Made by a program: the position numbers and the translations under genes
Origin: Candidatus Micrarchaeia archaeon
GTDB taxonomy: Archaea > Micrarchaeota > Micrarchaeia > Burarchaeales > Fermentimicrarchaeaceae
Reading direction: 5' to 3'
Assembly: GCA_038871515.1 (NCBI GenBank)
Contig: JAVZHX010000004.1
Coordinates: 1-64,000, forward strand
DNA: 64,000 nt
In this document: piece after piece, positions 57,491 to 64,000 of the stretch
How positions within the stretch are numbered: position 1 is the stretch's first letter
How the letters are laid out: each line of letters begins with the position of its first letter
The notes under the pieces: model-generated
The model's input: the letters and a program-made list of their open reading frames with translations, nothing else
Told to the model about the DNA's origin: nothing
Database searches by the model: none

Positions 57491-58048
57491 TCAAACCCAT
57501 GCGCTTATCTTTTCGTATTTTATCCTATATGACTCAAACAGGGATTCAATTTGCTTTCTCCTGTTTTCAGGCACGAGGATGCACCCCCGCCCGAGCTGTA
57601 TCCCGCCAGCTTCCCCTAGCAGTCCACCGTAGATGTATCCCTTCACCTTCGTCCCATAAAGCGCTGAGTTGAACTTCCTTTTCATCTGCTGCCTGAGGTT
57701 GCTCAGCTTGAAGTTGTAAATCACCACGGGCTTCTGCTTCAGTATTCTTGAAACGTCCAGCTCAAAATTCTTGGCGTAGAGAATCTTTCCATCTCGCAGG
57801 ATGTTTGTCAGAAGCCCTGAATCCATCGTGCGCAGCTCGCTTAGCGAACGTATCACCGGTTGCACGCGGAAATCTCCTTTTGAAATAACATCCTCCACTC
57901 TCTCCGTGTCCTTCCTCCCTGCGATGATGAATAAATCTATATCGGATTTTTTTGATGCTTCCCCCTTCGCCCAGCTCCCGTAGAGAACTATCAATCTCAC
58001 TGAAGAAATTCCGCTCAGTTCCTCAACAACAGATTCAACTTCCCTCAT
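57491..58048 (-). CDS. Minimal nucleotidyltransferase (MNT) with extra C-terminal domain
   Basis: LYGSWAKGEASKKSDIDLFII; about 85-aa C-terminal extension. Confidence 0.85.
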   Translation of the reverse strand: MREVESVVEELSGISSVRLIVLYGSWAKGEASKKSDIDLFIIAGRKDTERVEDVISKGDFRVQPVIRSLSELRTMDSGLLTNILRDGKILYAKNFELDVSRILKQKPVVIYNFKLSNLRQQMKRKFNSALYGTKVKGYIYGGLLGEAGGIQLGRGCILVPENRRKQIESLFESYRIKYEKISAWV

Positions 58049-58392
58049 TTCCACCGCTCCTCAAAGAATTTTATTATCGTATCCACATAACTCATAGCTC
58101 TTCTCGCCCTCTCTCCGTCAACTCCATCATACCCCAAATCGGCGTATATAAACCACAGCTTCCTTGCCTTCTGGTAGAGCTCCTCGGAAATGCTTTTCAG
58201 GTATTTCAACCTCTCCTCATGCTCCCCGAAATGCTTTGGGATTTTGCCTCTCGCTGCATCTGCCTCAATTGCCTGCTCAACCGCTTTTATTGCCAAATCG
58301 CCAACAACGGAGTGCTGCTTGTTATTTAATGCTTGGTGAGCCGCAGCCTGCTTCTCCTTCATTAGGTCATAGTGACGTTTGAAATCACCCAT
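58045..58392 (-). CDS. HEPN-like protein
   Basis: Helical; KAVEQAIEA, HFGEH, LGY; translationally coupled to MNT. Confidence 0.7.
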   Translation of the reverse strand: MGDFKRHYDLMKEKQAAAHQALNNKQHSVVGDLAIKAVEQAIEADAARGKIPKHFGEHEERLKYLKSISEELYQKARKLWFIYADLGYDGVDGERARRAMSYVDTIIKFFEERWK

Positions 58393-58401
58393 TCAACCAC
58401 C

Positions 58402-58455
58402 TTGTTATAGTAACAAAAAATACCTGTTTTCCCGATTATTTTGTTATAATAACAA
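58402..58455. promoter_or_regulatory. Two copies of palindrome TTGTTA-N3-TAACAA upstream of the HEPN-MNT operon
   Basis: 58402-58416 and 58441-58455. Confidence 0.7.
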
Positions 58456-58571
58456 AACTATAAAAAAGTTGCTGTTGAGAAGAGAACCATGGCTCGTTCC
58501 CCATCTCTGTTTAAACCGATTCAGGAAAAAGAACTCCTTTCCCTCATGCTTCCTTGGTTTGAGTTAAGTAA

Positions 58572-59216
58572 CTATTCATTTTTTCTTAGCAGCAACACTG
58601 CGCTAAAGAATCGCTCCTCCCACTCTATATCCTCCCTAAGCTTATCGTTCTGTATTGGCTTGAAGTTTTTGAACAGTCCTTCCACTTCGGACTCAGAGAA
58701 CCATCCAGCAAACAGCAGGATTCCGCCAGGCTTCAGAATTCTCTCAATCTCGCTTGCGAGCAAACGGTTGTCAAGGTCTATTCCATATCCATACCCACCA
58801 AACAACCCCATACATAATGCCGCATCAAAAGCCCCGTTCCTTGCCGGAATTTTCTCCGCATCGGCCAGCAGAGGATGTACGTTTCCAATCATCTCTTTTT
58901 TAATCCTCTTGGCTGCCACATCAAGCGCTTCCTTAGAAAAATCCAGGGCAGTGACATTAAAACCCTGCTTTGCCAGAAAAATTGCATCGGAACCAGCCCC
59001 GCATCCGATGTCTATTATATTTTTTACATTATTCTCTTTAAGCAACGGTGTGATGATAACGACAGATGCGTTTGGTTTCACTTTAATAATGAATGCATCC
59101 TGCTGAGCTGCACGACCCCAGTAGCGAGAAACTGAGCCATAATCAATAAAACTCTCCCTCCGTTCCCGTTTACATTCTTCATCAGATTTTTTTGCTTCAG
59201 CAAGCTTTTGAGCCAT
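58572..59216 (-). CDS. Class I SAM-dependent methyltransferase
   Basis: IIDIGCGAG, VTALDFS, ADAE, FDAA, RILKPGG. Confidence 0.88.
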   Translation of the reverse strand: MAQKLAEAKKSDEECKRERRESFIDYGSVSRYWGRAAQQDAFIIKVKPNASVVIITPLLKENNVKNIIDIGCGAGSDAIFLAKQGFNVTALDFSKEALDVAAKRIKKEMIGNVHPLLADAEKIPARNGAFDAALCMGLFGGYGYGIDLDNRLLASEIERILKPGGILLFAGWFSESEVEGLFKNFKPIQNDKLREDIEWEERFFSAVLLLRKNE

Positions 59217-59312
59217 GCTCAAATTATGCCTTTTTGGCAATATTAACTTGCCTCTTAAACCTAAAGCAGTTGCATTTATAAACCAGCAGAAACATATCAC
59301 TTTGGAGATGAT

Positions 59313-60047
59313 GTGATGACTGAACCCAAATTGCTTTTAATTTTGTTAGTTGCAGCAGTGCTTCTTGTTGGTTGCACCCAGCAGGGAGGACAGCCTCCTG
59401 GCGGGAGTCCGGGAGGAGCGCCAGGTGGAGCACCGCCAAATCAAACACCTGGTGGAACGCCAGGAGGGCAGCCGCCAGCAAACCAAACCCCACCGGCGAA
59501 CCAAACTCCACCGCAAAACCAGACAACACCGCCGCAGGAAGAGCAGCCGCCTTCCCAGCCGACAACAGTTGACATGAGCCAGATTTACAGATACGGCTCG
59601 CTGCGCAGCTACGAGTATGTGATGAAAAGCGGTGGAACAACAGTCAATATGAGAACAACAATTTCATCCGACACAGTAAATGGAGTTGCAGCCTGGTTGC
59701 AGCAGATGGATGTGCTGATGGAGGGAGCAACTGTCACAACAAAAACATGGATTGAAAAGCAAACATACAAGTGCTTGAAAGTGCTGAGTGTTGTAAACTA
59801 CGGAGGGCAGACAATTGAGCAGCCAGCCAGTTGCCCAACCGAAGGACCGAACACAGGTTCGCAGACAGAGATGCCGAAAGTGACGTATGTTGGAAAGGAA
59901 TCAGTAACAGTGCCAGCGGGAACCTTTATGTGCGACAAGTATTCATACGAAGGAATGACTTTCTGGTCAGCAAGCAACGTTCCAATCCCAGTGAAAGTTG
60001 CATATGCAGATGGTTCAACAGTGCTGGAGCTTGTGAGCTACAGTTAA
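59313..60047 (+). CDS. Lipoprotein with Pro/Gly/Gln-rich linker and beta-rich domain
   Basis: Lipobox-like LLVGC; PGG and NQT repeats; ESVTVPAGTF. Confidence 0.8.
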   Translation: MMTEPKLLLILLVAAVLLVGCTQQGGQPPGGSPGGAPGGAPPNQTPGGTPGGQPPANQTPPANQTPPQNQTTPPQEEQPPSQPTTVDMSQIYRYGSLRSYEYVMKSGGTTVNMRTTISSDTVNGVAAWLQQMDVLMEGATVTTKTWIEKQTYKCLKVLSVVNYGGQTIEQPASCPTEGPNTGSQTEMPKVTYVGKESVTVPAGTFMCDKYSYEGMTFWSASNVPIPVKVAYADGSTVLELVSYS

Positions 60048-60089
60048 TTTCAATTCATTTTTTAAACTTCCCAGTAGAATACATACTGC

Positions 60090-61562
60090 ATGATGAAGGA
60101 GATGATTCAGCAGAATATATACGCTCTGCTCACACCTATCACAGTTCTCGCAGCAGGTTTGATAATCTCCCTGCTTTTCCCAAGGTTGCTTCCCCCAGTA
60201 GAATTTGGAGTTTTCTCAACTCTTATTGCATTCACAATTCTCTTCACTGGAATAAGTGATTTGGGAGTTCCAAATACGTTAATAAAAATTGCAGGAGAGA
60301 GCTTTCACTCCCAAGATGGACATGCCGGTTTCCATGTCAGGTATCTTCTTAGGTGGAAGCTTGTTTCCCTGATAACTCTAACCTTGCTCCTCCTTCTCCT
60401 TCCAGCGCAGCTTGCCGAAGTTTTCCTTCACGATGCCAGCTTCGCGTATGTTATGTCAGCCCTTGCCGTGCTTGTAATACTTTACTCAATAACTCAATTC
60501 ATCACTTCTCTGTTCAACTCAATAGCTCGCTTTGAATACTCCTCCCTTCTCTCATTTGTGCTGAACACCTCAAAGCTCCTCTTCCCACTTCTATTCATTT
60601 TAATCTTTGGAGTGAGTTTGCATACAATAGTAATTGGTTTGCTTGCAGGCTTCACCCTGTCAGCTCTCTTCTCCCTTTGGCTTTTCAATAAAAAGTTCAA
60701 CTACAATTTATCAACATACTCCCCGCCTAAAAAAATTGATAAAGTTAATTCATTTCTCTTTTACTCAACACTCCTCTCATGGGCATCTCTGCTTTCAACG
60801 CATATTGATTCACTTATGCTGAATTATTTCAGTGGACCGGAGGAGTTTGCTTTCTTCAAAATAAGCAACTCAATTGTTTCAATGCTGCTCTCCCTCATTC
60901 CAATCTCCTCAACGTTTCTGCTCTCCTTCCTGATAAAAACAGAGGCGAAAAAGGAGAGGGAGCTGCAGAGGAAGTTATTTGAAAAAAGCATAAAATATGG
61001 AATGCTGTCATCAATTCCAATTTCATTTTTGGTTTATCTAACGGCGAACAGAATAATCTTCTTCTTCTGGCCGCAAAGCTACATGCCAGCAGCTGTATCG
61101 CTGAGAATACTCTCGCTTCTTATTCCATTCGGTTTTCTTTCAGGCATATCCACAAGTTTATTCATGAGCAAGGGAAAAATGAGGGAGCTGACTGCAAATA
61201 TGGTTGTTTTCTATATTGCAACATGGGCGATTGGGTTATACCTGATACCGAACTATGGTTTGGCTGGCACAGCGCTCACGTTTGTTCTCTCCTATGTTCT
61301 GCAGGCAGTCGTGCTTCTCAGAATATCGCTGAGGATGCTTGGGATTAAGTTCAATTTAACCCACATTCTTAAACCAACCGCGGTTTCCTTGCTTGTTGCG
61401 CTGATTATAATTCTGCTCAACCCAATTATAAGAAGCACGGTTCTCCTGTTTTTGATTGCAGGTGCGTCATTCTGTGTTGTTTATCTTCCGCTTCTTGAGG
61501 AGGAGGATAAGAAGTTGCTGAACAGCGTCCTCTCACTCTTGAAGCTTCCCTCCCTCTTTTGA
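60090..61562 (+). CDS. Oligosaccharide flippase (MOP/Wzx family)
   Basis: About 14 TM helices; PRLLPPVEFG, SDLG, IDSLML, YLIPNYGLAGTA. Confidence 0.88.
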   Translation: MMKEMIQQNIYALLTPITVLAAGLIISLLFPRLLPPVEFGVFSTLIAFTILFTGISDLGVPNTLIKIAGESFHSQDGHAGFHVRYLLRWKLVSLITLTLLLLLLPAQLAEVFLHDASFAYVMSALAVLVILYSITQFITSLFNSIARFEYSSLLSFVLNTSKLLFPLLFILIFGVSLHTIVIGLLAGFTLSALFSLWLFNKKFNYNLSTYSPPKKIDKVNSFLFYSTLLSWASLLSTHIDSLMLNYFSGPEEFAFFKISNSIVSMLLSLIPISSTFLLSFLIKTEAKKERELQRKLFEKSIKYGMLSSIPISFLVYLTANRIIFFFWPQSYMPAAVSLRILSLLIPFGFLSGISTSLFMSKGKMRELTANMVVFYIATWAIGLYLIPNYGLAGTALTFVLSYVLQAVVLLRISLRMLGIKFNLTHILKPTAVSLLVALIIILLNPIIRSTVLLFLIAGASFCVVYLPLLEEEDKKLLNSVLSLLKLPSLF

Positions 61563-62675
61563 AACTTCTCTGCAAACTTCCTCAAACCTTTTCAGAAACT
61601 TCCTCCAGGAGAACTCCCTCTCAACATACTTCCTTGCCCTTCTGCCTACCTCTTCTGCTTCATCCGGATGCTCCGCCAGGTAACTCATCCTCCCCGCCAT
61701 CTCATCAGAATTATTCACCAGGTAGCCAACTCCTTCTTTCACAATTTCTGTTGGACCTCCTTCATTTATCGCAATGCATGTTTTTGATGAGGAAAACGCC
61801 TCAAGCGGTATCAAACCATAATCCTCATTTACAGGAGTGTAAAGCACGCAGAAGCAGTTTGAGTAAAGCTCAACAACTCTCTGCGTAGGCAGGTTCAGCA
61901 TTATCCCCCCATCCTCCCCAAGCATCTTTTTTATTTTCTCGTAATACCTTACATGCTCCTCCCTGCTTCTGTCAAGTGTTCCAGCAATGATGAACTTCCA
62001 TCCCTTATGCTTCCTTTTGAACTTTTTGAATGCTTCTATCGCCATCTCAAAGTTCTTCTCAGGCGCAATCCTTGATGGGTAGAAGAAATACTTCTTGTAA
62101 TCGCCGGAATGAAACATCTCGTAATCAACCCCAGGCATAAGCACCTCACTCTCCCTCCCCAAATACCTTTTTATCCTCTGCTGAACATTCTCACTTATTG
62201 CAAATATGTGCTCTATTTTTGGAACAACAGAGAACTCTATCATTCTATACGGTTGAATGAAGGACCAGTAGAGCGCTTTCTGAAATAAATTTCTCCTGCT
62301 CATCCTCCACTCATACAAATCAAATGCCTCTCTGTTAGGTGAGAAGCAATACCAGATGACAGGCGAATTTCTATTCCTCACCCACTCCGAAGGAGTGCCT
62401 TGCGCGTTTATAACGTCATAATCGTCAAATTTTTTAAAGTAAAACTGCTCCCCAGCAACTGCCGCGCTTCCAACTCTTGGTGGAAGGAGGGAAGCCAACC
62501 CCCACAACCTGCTTCTCATCACCTCAACGTCCACTTCTCTAAACTCGTCAAACGTGTTCTCCGGCTCGTAGATTGAGCAGTATACCTTTGCGTCAAAGTG
62601 CTGTGCAATTTTAAGCACAACCCTCTCCGCCCCTCCCCTCAACCTAAGAAAAGGATGCGCGATGACAAGCTTCAT
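61533..62675 (-). CDS. GT4 glycosyltransferase
   Basis: GGAERV, SRIAPEKN, EDYGLIPLEA. Confidence 0.92.
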   Translation of the reverse strand: MKLVIAHPFLRLRGGAERVVLKIAQHFDAKVYCSIYEPENTFDEFREVDVEVMRSRLWGLASLLPPRVGSAAVAGEQFYFKKFDDYDVINAQGTPSEWVRNRNSPVIWYCFSPNREAFDLYEWRMSRRNLFQKALYWSFIQPYRMIEFSVVPKIEHIFAISENVQQRIKRYLGRESEVLMPGVDYEMFHSGDYKKYFFYPSRIAPEKNFEMAIEAFKKFKRKHKGWKFIIAGTLDRSREEHVRYYEKIKKMLGEDGGIMLNLPTQRVVELYSNCFCVLYTPVNEDYGLIPLEAFSSSKTCIAINEGGPTEIVKEGVGYLVNNSDEMAGRMSYLAEHPDEAEEVGRRARKYVEREFSWRKFLKRFEEVCREVSKEGGKLQE

Positions 62676-63526
62676 CCAAACCCCTCATAACTTCTCTTCA
62701 ACCCTTCCTCCAAACTAACTTTCGGCTCCCACCCCAATAACTTTTTTGCCTTCCTCACATCCGCAACAAGCTCCTTCACCCTGTCACCTTTCTTCAAGCT
62801 AATCACCTTTGGCTTTCTGCCACTTATTTTAAAAATAATCTCAGCAACTTCCCTCACGCTGTAGCTTCTTCCGCTTCCAATGTTGAAGCATTCACCTGGA
62901 AAATCAACTGCGCGCAGCAGCGCATCAACCACATCATCAACATAAACAAAATCCCTTCTTGAATTCAAATTTTTCAGCGTTATTTCATTTTCGTTTAGCT
63001 GGGAGAGAATTGTTGGTATCAAATAATCACCTCTCTGCCCCTCTCCATAAACATTGAAAAACCTGAGAGTTGTTCCTTTGTATTCTCTCCATACATATTC
63101 CGCAGCGAGTTTGCTTCTTCCGTAAGCTGAAACTGGTGCAAGCGGGTGGCTTTCATCAACAGGTAAGTATCTTGGTATTCCATAAACATGAGAGGAGGAG
63201 CTCAGCACCACCCTACGCACACCGCTCCTCTCGCACTCCTCAGCAACATTCAAACTTCCATAAGAGTTGACAAGAAAAGCCTGCTCTGGATGAGCTTCGC
63301 AAACCTTTGGGTCGGCAATTCCCGCAAGGTGAAAGACAATTTCATACCCCTCAAAATTCAGAGGTGGTTTTGTAACGTCAATACTGATAAAACCCTCTTC
63401 CCTCCTTCTGCTCTTGCTTGCAGCAGTCACTCTTGCTCCTTTCTCTTTCAGCTTTGAAACTAGCCGCGAGCCAATGAATCCATCACCACCTGTCACGAGA
63501 ACAGGCGTCCCCTCCCACTCCATCAA
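62672..63526 (-). CDS. NAD-dependent nucleotide-sugar epimerase/dehydratase
   Basis: TGGDGFIG, YGRSK, RFFNVYG, RDFVYVDD. Confidence 0.92.
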   Translation of the reverse strand: MMEWEGTPVLVTGGDGFIGSRLVSKLKEKGARVTAASKSRRREEGFISIDVTKPPLNFEGYEIVFHLAGIADPKVCEAHPEQAFLVNSYGSLNVAEECERSGVRRVVLSSSSHVYGIPRYLPVDESHPLAPVSAYGRSKLAAEYVWREYKGTTLRFFNVYGEGQRGDYLIPTILSQLNENEITLKNLNSRRDFVYVDDVVDALLRAVDFPGECFNIGSGRSYSVREVAEIIFKISGRKPKVISLKKGDRVKELVADVRKAKKLLGWEPKVSLEEGLKRSYEGFG

Positions 63527-64000
63527 TACTCCTCTATTTTTAGAAACTGCTCATTCTCCAGGAAATAGTCAAGCAAATCCCTCATTGTTTTTTCCAGCGG
63601 TATTTTCGGCTCCCATCCCAACTCTTTCTTTGCTTTTGAGTAATCGCACTGCAAAACCATAACGTCCGCCGGTCGGTATCTGTTTCTATCAATTTCAACT
63701 TTCATCTTCCCTTCCAAACCACCTATCTTTATAACCATCTTTGCAAGCTCCCCTATGCTTATTGACTTACCACTTCCTAAGTTGTAAACTTCCCCTGGCT
63801 TACCTTTTTCAACTGCAAGCATATAACCCCTCACAATATCCCTCACATCTGAGAAATCCCTTTTCGGTTCAGGGTTGCCAATCACAAGTTTCTTCTCGCC
63901 GTGCTTTATACCGCGAGCAACCTGCCTGCAAATAACGCTTGTGACGAAATGCAAACCCCTGCGAGGGCCCGTATGGTTGAATGCTCTTGTTCTAACAACA
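63523..64000 (-). CDS. GDP-mannose 4,6-dehydratase-like protein, 3' part (start outside the window)
   Basis: RAFNHTGPRR, GNPEPKRDFSDVRD, RPADV, LGWEPKI. Confidence 0.85.
   Translation of the reverse strand, partial: VVRTRAFNHTGPRRGLHFVTSVICRQVARGIKHGEKKLVIGNPEPKRDFSDVRDIVRGYMLAVEKGKPGEVYNLGSGKSISIGELAKMVIKIGGLEGKMKVEIDRNRYRPADVMVLQCDYSKAKKELGWEPKIPLEKTMRDLLDYFLENEQFLKIEEY

Noticed and set aside
59390..59535. CRISPR-like or VNTR array
   Set aside because: Short imperfect in-frame codon repeats encoding a Pro/Gln linker, with no repeat-spacer structure.

Overview
This is a gene-dense archaeal chromosomal window. RadA, RPA, GGGP synthase, TruD, RNase Z, DUF424, GAGGTG-type ribosome-binding sites and TATA boxes point to an archaeon; a DPANN/Micrarchaeota-like lineage is my inference, not a database result. 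(1) 0.2-14.4 kb is one co-oriented run of five radical SAM enzymes (one SPASM type, four resembling His-Xaa-Ser-system HxsC/HxsC4) and a DUF362-ferredoxin protein. These run directly into Cys-rich secreted proteins, four class III (type IV pilin-like) proteins and a LamG adhesin apparently split over two genes. (2) 14.4-18.1 kb is a convergent type IV pilus assembly operon (ATPase plus two TadC-like proteins). (3) 18.2-25.0 kb is the best candidate for an undescribed system, a putative donor-strand fibre operon. It has a large adhesin ending in a subunit-like domain, a 180-aa secreted subunit, a membrane-bound accessory protein, a membrane anchor whose mature N-terminus (EGYTTTPTYLSI) mimics the subunit's (AKYTTTLTYFNI), and MinD. 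(4) 25-49.6 kb holds housekeeping, DNA repair, ABC transport, lipid, thiamine and glycosylation genes, including an N-terminal-half-only Rqc2. (5) 49.7-59.2 kb is an accessory island with two RelE-type toxin-antitoxin pairs, a HEPN-MNT pair, a 4xAbrB protein and a lone PrgI-VirB4 fusion. (6) 59.3-64 kb is the start of a surface glycan locus. I found no rRNA, tRNA, CRISPR array, integrase or reverse transcriptase. All assignments come from reading motifs by eye; no searches were run.
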